From assembly GCA_033764315.1 (NCBI GenBank), contig JANRJA010000023.1, positions 64,926-128,925 of the forward strand: a DNA stretch of 64,000 nt, in the 5' to 3' direction. Position 1 is the first letter of the stretch. The number at the start of each line of letters is the position of its first letter. The stretch is from Oculatellaceae cyanobacterium bins.114. GTDB lineage: Bacteria; Cyanobacteriota; Cyanobacteriia; Elainellales; Elainellaceae. This document shows positions 19,101 through 28,986 of this stretch, piece by piece. A program made the translations under genes and the position numbers. The notes beneath the pieces were generated by a model, which was given only the letters and a program-made list of their open reading frames with translations, made no database searches and was not told the origin of the DNA.

Positions 19101-19613
19101 TTACTCCTGTGCCCGCAGGGTGTAGCTATAGCGTGCTCCAGAATCAAAAGAGCCAACCCAAACGCGATAGGTTCCCGCCGATAATCTCCCAGTTTGAATG
19201 CTGGCATCTTTGTTGCGCCCTGTGTCATCACCACACAGCATCGCACCATCGGGAGCTTGAATCGCTAAGGTAGTGTCGTTGCCGCCACTGTCTACTTGAA
19301 GTGTTAAGTTGCCAAAGTTCTGTTCTAGAACTAACAGATGGTCAGGGGTGGATGACGCGCTAAAGCCTAAGCAAAGATTGCCATTGCGATCGCGATTTTC
19401 GAGGGAGGACAGAGAAAAGGAACCACCTGTGTAACCTTGAGCGGCTCCTGCTGCTGCTGAGAATCCAGGAGCGATCGTAATCGAGTCAAAATTAGCCGCT
19501 TGAGCTAACACGGGCAACGCACTCACCCCAAGCAACACGCTCGCAGTGGCGATCGCACGGGCGTGTTGAGTAATCTTTTTAAGAGTTAACTGTAGTGTTG
19601 TCTTCATAGCCAT
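19101..19613 (-). CDS. secreted hypothetical protein (PPC-like beta domain)
   Basis: Signal peptide ending ..LPVLAQ; CLGF..PDHLLVL..DTTLAI..CGDD..GTYRVWVGS. Confidence 0.7.
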   Translation of the reverse strand: MAMKTTLQLTLKKITQHARAIATASVLLGVSALPVLAQAANFDSITIAPGFSAAAGAAQGYTGGSFSLSSLENRDRNGNLCLGFSASSTPDHLLVLEQNFGNLTLQVDSGGNDTTLAIQAPDGAMLCGDDTGRNKDASIQTGRLSAGTYRVWVGSFDSGARYSYTLRAQE

Positions 19614-19720
19614 ACAAAGGGAACTCGATACAAGATCTATTAGATCCTGTATTTATTTTGACTAATTGGGTGATGAATGAGTTCCTTGGATGTGCCACCT
19701 CGTAAACCGGGTTTTTGGGG

Positions 19721-22609
19721 TTAAAACTTGCCGATCAGTGCTTCAATGCACCGTTCACAGAGTAGCGGATGTTCTGCCGACTCGCCCACATGAGTGGAAT
19801 AGTTCCAGCAGCGATCGCACTTCTTGCCCTCTGCCTCAACTACCCCAATCGCCAACCCATCAGTTTTAGAACTATATTTCAAGCCGTCTAACGGAGTTGC
19901 AGAGTCAAGTAATTCGACCTGAGAGGTCAAAAAGAGATAACGCAACTCATCAACGCGATCGCCACTTAGACTATCCTCTGGGTTGAGCGATCGCAACTTG
20001 TCTTGCACAACCGGATCAGCCACATAAAGCTGTACTTTGGCTTCTAACGAAGAGCCAATCGCTTTCTCTGCTCTAGCTTGCTCAAACACCTTGTTGACTT
20101 CAGTCCGAATAACGCGAAGGTGTTGCCAGGTAGTGCCCAGTTCGGGTTGCTTCCAACCCTCTTCTAGCGTCACCCAACCCGACTCAAACACCGAGGTATA
20201 AGGAGTTTTATAGGGCAGATATTGCCAGATATCCTCGGCTAAGTGAGATAAGACAGGGGCGATCGCCCGTGCCAGGTTTTCGATCGCGATCGCCAACACA
20301 GTTTGACAACTGCGTCGCCGCAACGTATCTTCTGCGCTGATATAGAGCCGATCCTTAGCAATATCTAGATAAAAGTTCGATAAATCAACCACACAGAAGT
20401 TTTGCACGGTTTGAAAAAACCGGAAGAACTCAAAGCTCTCAAACGCCTCTGTCACCTCAGCAAACACCTCTGTCATCCGGTGCAGCATGTAGCGATCGAG
20501 TTCAGGCAGTTGCTCGTAGGCAACCGTGTGTTGTGTCGGGTCAAAGTCATGCAAGTTGCCCAACAGAAAACGAGCCGTGTTGCGAATCTTGCGATACACA
20601 TCCGCCATCTGTTTCAGGATGTTCTTACCTAACGGCACATCCGACGAATAATCGACCGAAGACACCCACAACCGCAACACATCCACCCCATAGGGCGGAT
20701 CTTCTTTTTGATTTTTGCCACCTTCGATCACCACAGCTGGGTCAACCACGTTCCCCAGCGACTTGCTCATTTTGCGCCCCTGCTCATCCAGCGCAAACCC
20801 ATGCGTCAAGACTGTTTTATACGGTGCATAACCATTCGTTGCCACACTGGTCAGCAAACTAGATTGAAACCATCCCCGATGTTGGTCTGAGCCTTCCAGA
20901 TACATATCCACCGGATATTGCATGCCCTCACGTTGATTGGCGACTGCTGCCCACGACGAGCCAGAGTCAAACCAGACATCCATCGTATCCATCCCTTTGC
21001 GATAGGTATGCCCATTGTTGCGATAGGTCTCAGGCAATAACTCCTCAACAGACATTTCCCACCAGGCATCTGAGCCTTTTTCGGCAAAGACACGCTGGAC
21101 ATGCAAAATGATGTCTTCGTTGAGCAACGGTTCCCCGGTTGACTCCTCATAAAACACCGGGATTGGCACCCCCCAACTGCGTTGACGCGAGATACACCAG
21201 TCCGATCGCTCAGACACCATAGCGGTAATCCGGTTTTCGCCCTGCTCTGGAATCCAACGAACTTGTTTAATCGCCGCTAATGCTTCGTCCCGAAACCCCT
21301 CAACCGAGGCAAACCACTGTTCTGTTGCCCGAAAGATCGTGGGCTGCTTGGTACGCCAATCATACGGATAGCGGTGCACGTAATCTTCTTCTTTGAGCAG
21401 AGACTTGGCTTCTGTCAACGCCTGAATGATAGCAGGGTTTGCATTTTTTAGCACATTGAGTCCCTGGAAGGGACCTGCTTCTTCTGTGAAAACGCCATTA
21501 TCATCTACTGGCGACAAAATCGGTAACTCGTACTGCATGCCCACTCTAAAGTCATCTTCACCGTGACCTGGAGCCGTGTGAACTAGACCAGTGCCTGACT
21601 CGGTCGTGACATAATCGCCACCAATCACAATCGGGCTTTCGCGGTCAAACAACGGATGGCGATAGGTAGAATACTCTAGATCTTTGCCGGATAGGGTTGC
21701 CTTAACCGTTAACCCAGTTGCAAACACCTGAGACAATCGCTCAACCAGATCTTGAGCCACGATCAGATAACGGAAGGGGTGAGCTGGCTCTCCGTAGGCT
21801 GCGACTTCAACCACGGCATAGGTCAACTCAGGATTGACTGCCACTGCCATGTTGGCAGGAATCGTCCAGGGAGTCGTCGTCCAGATGGCCACACCGAGTT
21901 CTGATAAGTACCCGTCTAATAGGGGTTTGGCAGCCTCTGAGAGGCTGACCATCGGGAAAGCGGCATAGATGCTGCGCGATGTGTGACCTTCAGGATATTC
22001 CAACTCTGCTTCTGCAAGGGCTGTTTTAGAACTGGGACTCCAGTGAACAGGTTTTAACCCCCGATAGATATAGCCTTTTAACACCATTTGACCAAATACA
22101 CCGATTTGAGCGGCTTCATAGTCAGGTGTGAGGGTGAGATAGGGATGCTCCCAATCGCCCCAGATGCCATAGCGCATAAAGCTTTTGGCTTGCTGTTGTT
22201 GTTGCTCGATCGCCCAGGCTCTGGCTCGTTTCCGCAACTCAATGGGAGTCAAATTTTCCCGCTCTGCGGGTTTCATCGCTTGCAAAACTTTCAACTCAAT
22301 GGGCAGACCGTGACAATCCCAACCAGGGATGTAGCGCACCTTACGCCCCTGCAAGAGTTGATATTTGTTGATAATATCCTTCAAAGTTTTGTTGAGAGCG
22401 TGACCAATATGCAATGGACCGTTTGCGTAGGGAGGGCCATCATGGAGAATAAACGGTTCTTTGGGATTCGTTTGAGACAATTTTTCGTAAATCTGATTGT
22501 CACGCCAAAACGCTTGCAGTTCTGGCTCCCGCTTCACTGCATTTGCCCGCATATCAAACGCGGTTTTGGGCAAATTAACCGTATCTTTATAGCTTCCTGG
22601 TTCTGTCAC
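19721..22609 (-). CDS. ileS: isoleucyl-tRNA synthetase
   Basis: HDGPPYANGPLHIGH, GWDCHGLPIE, WTTTPWT, WCISRQR, KMSKS, C-terminal CDRCW..CERC zinc finger; GTG at 22609 likely start. Confidence 0.98.
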   Translation of the reverse strand: MTEPGSYKDTVNLPKTAFDMRANAVKREPELQAFWRDNQIYEKLSQTNPKEPFILHDGPPYANGPLHIGHALNKTLKDIINKYQLLQGRKVRYIPGWDCHGLPIELKVLQAMKPAERENLTPIELRKRARAWAIEQQQQQAKSFMRYGIWGDWEHPYLTLTPDYEAAQIGVFGQMVLKGYIYRGLKPVHWSPSSKTALAEAELEYPEGHTSRSIYAAFPMVSLSEAAKPLLDGYLSELGVAIWTTTPWTIPANMAVAVNPELTYAVVEVAAYGEPAHPFRYLIVAQDLVERLSQVFATGLTVKATLSGKDLEYSTYRHPLFDRESPIVIGGDYVTTESGTGLVHTAPGHGEDDFRVGMQYELPILSPVDDNGVFTEEAGPFQGLNVLKNANPAIIQALTEAKSLLKEEDYVHRYPYDWRTKQPTIFRATEQWFASVEGFRDEALAAIKQVRWIPEQGENRITAMVSERSDWCISRQRSWGVPIPVFYEESTGEPLLNEDIILHVQRVFAEKGSDAWWEMSVEELLPETYRNNGHTYRKGMDTMDVWFDSGSSWAAVANQREGMQYPVDMYLEGSDQHRGWFQSSLLTSVATNGYAPYKTVLTHGFALDEQGRKMSKSLGNVVDPAVVIEGGKNQKEDPPYGVDVLRLWVSSVDYSSDVPLGKNILKQMADVYRKIRNTARFLLGNLHDFDPTQHTVAYEQLPELDRYMLHRMTEVFAEVTEAFESFEFFRFFQTVQNFCVVDLSNFYLDIAKDRLYISAEDTLRRRSCQTVLAIAIENLARAIAPVLSHLAEDIWQYLPYKTPYTSVFESGWVTLEEGWKQPELGTTWQHLRVIRTEVNKVFEQARAEKAIGSSLEAKVQLYVADPVVQDKLRSLNPEDSLSGDRVDELRYLFLTSQVELLDSATPLDGLKYSSKTDGLAIGVVEAEGKKCDRCWNYSTHVGESAEHPLLCERCIEALIGKF

Positions 22610-22870
22610 GATCGCCAAATAATGAAGGATATCAAGGATTGTATCGAACCATTATCAATCACAACTTCCCTTTGCTTCAAGGTCATCCCCCGATTTGCTG
22701 GGTACTTCTAATTGAGAACAGTGAAATTTGTGTCAATTTCTCTGACCAGTGCGAAGAAATGGTTACGGTTATAACATTACTGTTGCCGTCTACCCTGTCA
22801 AAGCTGTTATAAAACGGAAGGTTGAAATCACTGCCTGCAATTCAACCCCAATCTGCAATAGGAGAAGGGT

Positions 22871-24475
22871 ATGAGTGTCACTCACATGGGGTTCTCCAAT
22901 CATCGAGTTGGAACAACTGGGGAGCCATTGGGTCGTGGCACTGCATCTCAGTTCGCTACCCGATTGCTTCAGTCTAGCAATTTAGAGTTGTTTATTACCA
23001 AAGGCTTCAAGCCGTTTGCTGAGAATCACACGAACGCGATCGCCCAAAACTCGTTTGCCCCCTTGGGTCGCTCTGAGAGACCTGATCTGAGCCGTCGGAG
23101 CAAAGCCCGTGTGCCTGTGCCTATTAGTCGGGGTGCGATCGCTCAAAGACAGCGGATCAGAGGGTCACTCAGCCGCACCGATGGCAGTAACACGCAACGC
23201 GATGGCAGCTATGCCGATGATTTTGTGGTGCGAGGAACAAGGGTAGGTCAGCGAGTGGAGGTGACTTTAACGGCTTCCCGATTTGACACCTACCTGCAAC
23301 TGATCAATCTCCGCACCGGACGAGAACTGCTGTATGGCGATGATGTGAGTGAATCGAACACTAACTCGCGGTTAGTTTTTACAGTGCAACGGGGAGGGCG
23401 TTATGTCGTGCGGGTCACTAGCTTTCGTCGGGCTGCCACAGGTGGATATGTGTTAAAGAGCCAGACAGTAGATCAATCTGCGAGTCATTTCAATTTCTAT
23501 TCGGGCTATGGGTTGGTCAACGCGGCAGCCACGACGGCAGGGGCTTTGGAACAACTCCCCTTTCCTGATGTGCCTAACTTAGGTGGCAGCGACCAGGGAC
23601 TCGATCTGGTCAACGCGCCAGAGGTGTGGGCACAGGGCTTTACAGGGCAGGGCATTACGGTTGCCGTCTTAGACGATGGGGTAGATTACAATCACCCTGA
23701 CCTGGTAAGCAACATTTGGAGCAACCCCAATGAGATTGCAGGCAATGAGATTGATGACGATGGCAATGGGTTTATAGACGATGTGCGGGGGTGGGATTTT
23801 GCTAACCATGACAATGATCCCTCTCCAGTTGCCCAAGATGGACATGGCACCCACGTTGCCGGAACGATCGCCGCCAGCCGTAATGGGTTTGGCATCACTG
23901 GGGTTGCTTACAACGCTCGGATTATGCCCGTTCGAGTGGATGGTGATTTTAATTCTCTCAGCCAGTTTGATGGGGCGATCGCCGCTGGTATCCACTATGC
24001 CGTGCAAAACGGGGCAAGGGTGCTGAGTATGAGCCTTGGCAACAACCCCAATAGTCCACCGCTGCCCCTGACAGAGGCGGCTTTGAGAGTGGCTGAACAG
24101 GCAGGTGTGATTGCCGTTAGTGCCTCTGGCAATGAACGTCAAAGCTATGGAGCTGTGCGCCCGATTGAACCCGCCTCCTATGCGGCTCAAGATTTAGGAA
24201 TTGCGGTCGGTTCCCTTGATTTTAATCGAGTACTCGATCGCGACTCCAATCCAGCGGGGGCACAACGCCTTGATTTTGTGGTGGCACCTGGAGTCGAGAT
24301 TCTCTCAACGGTGCTCAATGGCACCTATGACACCAAGACAGGCACCTCAATGGCAACTCCCCATGTATCAGGTGTGGTGGCGTTGATGCTGAGTGCAAAC
24401 CCCAATTTGACCCCTGCCCAAGTCGAAGATTTATTGATGACCACTGCCAATCCCAACGGCATTCGTTTTATTTAA
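22871..24475 (+). CDS. S8 (subtilisin-like) serine peptidase with N-terminal PPC-like domain
   Basis: Triad motifs VAVLDDG, HGTHVAGTIA, GTSMATPHV; oxyanion SGNE. Confidence 0.92.
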   Translation: MSVTHMGFSNHRVGTTGEPLGRGTASQFATRLLQSSNLELFITKGFKPFAENHTNAIAQNSFAPLGRSERPDLSRRSKARVPVPISRGAIAQRQRIRGSLSRTDGSNTQRDGSYADDFVVRGTRVGQRVEVTLTASRFDTYLQLINLRTGRELLYGDDVSESNTNSRLVFTVQRGGRYVVRVTSFRRAATGGYVLKSQTVDQSASHFNFYSGYGLVNAAATTAGALEQLPFPDVPNLGGSDQGLDLVNAPEVWAQGFTGQGITVAVLDDGVDYNHPDLVSNIWSNPNEIAGNEIDDDGNGFIDDVRGWDFANHDNDPSPVAQDGHGTHVAGTIAASRNGFGITGVAYNARIMPVRVDGDFNSLSQFDGAIAAGIHYAVQNGARVLSMSLGNNPNSPPLPLTEAALRVAEQAGVIAVSASGNERQSYGAVRPIEPASYAAQDLGIAVGSLDFNRVLDRDSNPAGAQRLDFVVAPGVEILSTVLNGTYDTKTGTSMATPHVSGVVALMLSANPNLTPAQVEDLLMTTANPNGIRFI

Positions 24476-24487
24476 GGAGCAATAACG

Positions 24488-26002
24488 GTGTTATTTAGGG
24501 GCGATCGCCAACTGGCTCAAACCAACCTTCAAACAACGCATCCCCTGACAACCACTCGTTCCAGTCAGGTTTACTCGGCCTATTCCACCCCCTTAGTCCC
24601 AACGCTTTCCGCGACTGCCCAATCCTTGAGACATGCCTTTTCAGGGACAAAATCCGATATTCGACCGACTCCCTCTCGACCGACCCGCATTCTGCGAGCC
24701 AATCAACAGTTACGGGGTAGCTTGAGCATTTCAGACCGCCTAAACCCTTTGGGTGCAGGCATTGATCTCTTTTCTGATGATTACCGTTTAACCCAAGTCA
24801 GGGCAGGACAACAAGTTCATATCCAGTTGAGTGCTCCTAACTTTAACCCCACATTACAACTGGTTAACGCTCGCACAGGGCGGCTCATTCGCGAGGGCGG
24901 TGTTGCGCTGACTTTTACGGTGCGTCGTGGCACCCGTTATCTGGTTCGAGTCACCAGCACCTATACCCGTGAAACTGGCGACTATCGCCTCAGCACCAAA
25001 CGATTTACCCCCCGCTCGACGGATCAGTTCAACTTCTTTTGGGGCTATGGGTTAGTTAATGCTGCTGCTGCTGTAGCGAGTGTCGCTGGTCAAGGTGAAT
25101 TTCCTGATGTCACCAATTTAGATGGCACTCGCTGGGGACTCGACCTCGTCAAAGCACCAGAAGTGTGGGCACAGGGCTACACGGGGCAGGGCGTGACCGT
25201 CGCCGTTTTAGATGAGGGAGTCGATTACACCCATCCAGCCTTGAGTAACAACATCTGGAGCAATGCAGATGAGATTGCCGATAACGGCATTGATGACGAT
25301 CGCAATGGGTTTATTGACGATGTTCGAGGCTGGAATTTTGTCGATAACAATAATGACCCCGATGATTCAGGGGGACATGGCACCCATGTTGCCGGGACGA
25401 TCGCTGCCTCACAAGAAGGGTTGGGGGTGACAGGTGTGGCTTACAACGCTCGCATTATGCCCGTTCGGGTCTTGGGCAGTGAGGGCGGCACCGATGATGG
25501 AGTCGCGTTGGGAATTTGCTATGCGGTTGAAAATGGCGCAGATATTATCAATATGAGCCTGGGACGCTTTTTAGGTGGGCCTCTCAGTCCCGATGTGCAA
25601 GCGGCTTTGAGAGTGGCACGAGACCGAGGAGTGGTAGTGGTGATCGCCGCCGGAAACGAACGTCAAAGTTTAGGGGCAACGCGATCGCAAAAATATACCT
25701 CCTTCATTGGCACCTATGATCTGGGCATTTCCGTTGGCTCGATCACCAGTCGTCGGCAAGTTAACAGCTTCTCAAATCCAGCGGGCAACAGCCCATCTGC
25801 TTTCTTTGTGGCTCCTGGGTTTGATATTCGCTCGACGATTCCCGGTGATAGCTATTTCTATGACAGTGGCACCTCAATGGCGACTCCCCATGTAGCTGGA
25901 GTTGTAGCCCTGATGTTGAGTGCCAACCCCGACCTTACCCCTGATCAAATAGAAGACATTCTGGCGGCCACTGCCAATCGAGGGTTAAGTTTGGTGTTGT
26001 AG
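24488..26002 (+). CDS. S8 (subtilisin-like) serine peptidase with N-terminal PPC-like domain, tandem paralog
   Basis: VAVLDEG, HGTHVAGTIA, AAGNE, GTSMATPHV; AAGGAG RBS upstream. Confidence 0.92.
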   Translation: MLFRGDRQLAQTNLQTTHPLTTTRSSQVYSAYSTPLVPTLSATAQSLRHAFSGTKSDIRPTPSRPTRILRANQQLRGSLSISDRLNPLGAGIDLFSDDYRLTQVRAGQQVHIQLSAPNFNPTLQLVNARTGRLIREGGVALTFTVRRGTRYLVRVTSTYTRETGDYRLSTKRFTPRSTDQFNFFWGYGLVNAAAAVASVAGQGEFPDVTNLDGTRWGLDLVKAPEVWAQGYTGQGVTVAVLDEGVDYTHPALSNNIWSNADEIADNGIDDDRNGFIDDVRGWNFVDNNNDPDDSGGHGTHVAGTIAASQEGLGVTGVAYNARIMPVRVLGSEGGTDDGVALGICYAVENGADIINMSLGRFLGGPLSPDVQAALRVARDRGVVVVIAAGNERQSLGATRSQKYTSFIGTYDLGISVGSITSRRQVNSFSNPAGNSPSAFFVAPGFDIRSTIPGDSYFYDSGTSMATPHVAGVVALMLSANPDLTPDQIEDILAATANRGLSLVL

Positions 26003-26021
26003 GAGGGGGAAATCGGTGAGA

Positions 26022-26046
26022 GAGACACGATTAATCGCGTCTGTAC
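26022..26046. repeat. intergenic copy of the (A/G)CGATTAATCGCG palindrome
   Basis: GAGACACGATTAATCGCGTCTGTAC between convergent genes. Confidence 0.75.
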
Positions 26047-26093
26047 TGAAAAGGTATGGTCAATACCTTCTGCCTTCTATACCCTTCCCTCGT

Positions 26094-27158
26094 CTAAATC
26101 ATGTCTCGCAACCAGGCTTCTACTCGATCGCCCATTGCAATGGACGAATAGCGTTGTTCAGCTTGCTGACGACAGGTCTGTCGATCAATTTCTCCTAACC
26201 GAGCGATCGCCTCAACCAGTCCATCAATGCTGTCGGGTTCGACGAGCCATCCGGTTTTGCCGTGTTCAACGATTTCAGCCGGTCCACCCCGTCGATAAGT
26301 AATCACCGGAACGCCACAGGCCAGAGCTTCGATCGCCACGTTGCCAAAAGCCTCGACCCATTTTGGGGTCATGAGCAAGCCGCGACAACTCCCTAAACTG
26401 CGTTGCAATTGCTCTGTTGGCAAAAACCCGCCATATTGAACAGCCGCATTGGGATAGATTTGGCGAATAGTTTGCCAATACGCTTCGTCTTGAATAGCAC
26501 CCCAAATATGCAAGGGCAGAGAGGCTTGATAAGCCGCAGCGATCGCATCCTCTAGTCCTTTTTCGGGGGCAATGCGTCCTATCCAGGCAAGCCGCTCTTC
26601 GGGCACCTCACAAAAATCGTAGAGCACGAGATCTAACCCATTGCCTAAGGAACGGCACTGATCACCAAACGGAAACGTATCTGCCTGGGCACGGCTGTGC
26701 ACTCCAATCGTTCCTGGAAACTGAGTAACCACCTGTTGAATGGCGTGATCCATTGCATTTGTGAGGGAACCCATGCTCACCAAATGGGCGATCGGGCGAT
26801 CAAAAAAAGGGGTTAGATAAAACGGCAGCCAATCATAAGCAAAGTTGATTAATGCGTCATAGTCTGCTTGGACTTGAGCGGCATAACGCCACATATTAGC
26901 CAACACTGCATCCTCTGGTATGACAACTGGAGCAGTGCGTTCCTGGGTTTGGGCTGCAATCTGCAACTGTCCTGAAATCTCTACAAGCGGCACATTGGCA
27001 AGGCTTGACCCTATCGGAGCAACGACCTGTAATCGATGCCCCCGGCGTTGCAACTCGATCGCGATGTTTCGCAGGGTCAGTTCGACTCCACCACCTAAGC
27101 CAGTCCCTAATGCACCGACCGAGGTTGAGAGCAGTAATAGATTAAGTGTGTGAGCGAT
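26094..27158 (-). CDS. glycosyltransferase family 4; reading frame extends 35 codons upstream of the first canonical start (TTG 27053)
   Basis: GRIAPEKG, EAFGNVAIEALACGVPVI, GGPAEIV; upstream in-frame LLLLSTSVGALGTGLGGGVELTL. Confidence 0.85.
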   Translation of the reverse strand: MAHTLNLLLLSTSVGALGTGLGGGVELTLRNIAIELQRRGHRLQVVAPIGSSLANVPLVEISGQLQIAAQTQERTAPVVIPEDAVLANMWRYAAQVQADYDALINFAYDWLPFYLTPFFDRPIAHLVSMGSLTNAMDHAIQQVVTQFPGTIGVHSRAQADTFPFGDQCRSLGNGLDLVLYDFCEVPEERLAWIGRIAPEKGLEDAIAAAYQASLPLHIWGAIQDEAYWQTIRQIYPNAAVQYGGFLPTEQLQRSLGSCRGLLMTPKWVEAFGNVAIEALACGVPVITYRRGGPAEIVEHGKTGWLVEPDSIDGLVEAIARLGEIDRQTCRQQAEQRYSSIAMGDRVEAWLRDMI

Positions 27159-27190
27159 CGCCTCTACTCCCTATTTTTCTACGTGGGCAA

Positions 27191-28558
27191 TTATACATCT
27201 CCCGGCAAGTGCTCCTGAGCTTTACTCGACAAGCTAGGGCTATTACCCATGTCGGGCACTCCTCGAATTCGACCCAGTTGACCCAGTGCCCAGCGTGCCG
27301 TTTCTTGCACCTCGGTATCTGGATCACTAGCGGCATGAGCCAACAGCTCACTCATTTGGCTAACGAGATCATAAACCCGAGTAACATCTCGAATGGCGTT
27401 TTTGCGAACATCAGAACTGTGATCTTGCAAAGACAGCAACAAGGCTCGATTCATGGGCTTGAGAGTTCTAACCCCAATTTCTGAGATGGCTGCCAAAATC
27501 AAACTGCGTTGGCTTGAGTCTGCATCCATCATCAAATCAACCAGGGGTTGAACAGCTTTAGAATCGCCGACTTGCCCTAACTCCCAAATGGCTTTGCGTC
27601 GTTTAACAGGGTCAGGGCTGCGTAGATCGCCAATTAACTCATCAACAATATCAACTTTAGCTAAGCGAGTCGTCTCGTTAACCGGAGAAATTTCTGTTGG
27701 AATGGCCTCTGTGGTGGCTTCAGCGATCGTTGTTGCACCATTGCTTAGAGGCGCAGTCTGAGTGGTTGGAGTGGGTTCTGGAGTAGCCTCTGTAAAAACC
27801 TCTGTGGCAACTCTCTCCGATTTAGACGTGGGCGATCGCTCTGTGGCGGTTTCCTCATGAGAAGCGACTGAGGGTTTAGCCGCTAGAGGACGTTTAATCC
27901 GGGGGCGAGTATATCGGTAGAGAGCAAACCCCGCAACAGCAGAAGCCGCGATTAAGGCTGCCATCCACCAAAACCGCCCTCCATTAGAGGCTGTTTCTTC
28001 TGGAGTTGTTGCCCGAGAGGATGCTTCAGCGGGCACTGAAGCATTGTCTTCAACAGTTGCTGTTTGCGCCTCAGGAGAGGAGCTATTTGCAGGAGGCTCT
28101 GGGGCAGAGATATCGGCAGCAGCTTCCCGCAAACGGTCTAGGGTCGTTGTTCCCACTTGCCCATCCACTGGCAACTCCGCTTTGCGTTGAAACGCAATCA
28201 CGGCTGACTTGGTCTGATCTCCAAAAATTCCATCGGGGTCTTTCTCGTAATACCCCAGTTTTTGGAGGAGCTCTTGCAGCTCAGAGACTCGCTCTCCACG
28301 ACTGCCGAGTTTTAAGATAGAGCTATCTACAGAGCTATCTACAGTGGGCGATGACGGGTCAGATTGACCTGAAACCGCAGGATTATTAGGGGTTTGGGCA
28401 ATGACTCCATTGACATAGCCTTGCATCACCTGATTTTGAATCGCTGAGAGTGAGGGAGGATTTAAGGCGATCGCCTCAGCAGGCCTAACTCCTAACGCCG
28501 AAGTCACGCTCAACCCGGTGATGTAAGAAATAAAGAATAAATTGATGCGATGGGACAT
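27191..28558 (-). CDS. peptidoglycan-binding domain + TM + HEAT-repeat protein
   Basis: LKLGSRGERVSELQELLQKLGYY..DGIFGDQTKSAVIAFQ..VDGQVG; TM helix; RRKAIWELGQVGD..VRKNAI..ARWALG. Confidence 0.85.
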   Translation of the reverse strand: MSHRINLFFISYITGLSVTSALGVRPAEAIALNPPSLSAIQNQVMQGYVNGVIAQTPNNPAVSGQSDPSSPTVDSSVDSSILKLGSRGERVSELQELLQKLGYYEKDPDGIFGDQTKSAVIAFQRKAELPVDGQVGTTTLDRLREAAADISAPEPPANSSSPEAQTATVEDNASVPAEASSRATTPEETASNGGRFWWMAALIAASAVAGFALYRYTRPRIKRPLAAKPSVASHEETATERSPTSKSERVATEVFTEATPEPTPTTQTAPLSNGATTIAEATTEAIPTEISPVNETTRLAKVDIVDELIGDLRSPDPVKRRKAIWELGQVGDSKAVQPLVDLMMDADSSQRSLILAAISEIGVRTLKPMNRALLLSLQDHSSDVRKNAIRDVTRVYDLVSQMSELLAHAASDPDTEVQETARWALGQLGRIRGVPDMGNSPSLSSKAQEHLPGDV

Positions 28559-28986
28559 GATTATCCGAGTTCGAGAATTACATCTGGACTGATGGGTTTC
28601 AGGTGAACTCAATGAGCTTCAATCCTAGTGATTGTAGATACAAATGCTGACCTTGCTTTGACAGGCTTCTATCAAAAGCGAACGACTAACCCCGCGATCG
28701 CAGCGTTAACTGTCACTGCGCCTGAAATGCTAGAAGCTAATTTTCTAGCAAGAAGAATCTTCATGCAAGCGACGCATTGCAGTGCCCCCTGTATCCCTAA
28801 ATCAACACTTAAGGATTGCTAATTATTCTAGTCCTTTGATGCTGGCTCAGTATGGTAATCCTTCCATTTGTAAGAAATATTATTTTGCTACCAACAAAAT
28901 TTCTGATAGGAATTAAACTCCTTTCTTCAGTAGTCTTAAGCTACTTGAAGTTCTTTAAAAGACACTTTAACCAAACTTCCGCGACT

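Noticed and set aside
22088-22711. 207-aa plus-strand ORF
   Set aside because: Antisense to ileS; no independent coding evidence
28628-28641. GTG-N8-TAC as an NtcA site
   Set aside because: One mismatch to GTA-N8-TAC and no supporting context
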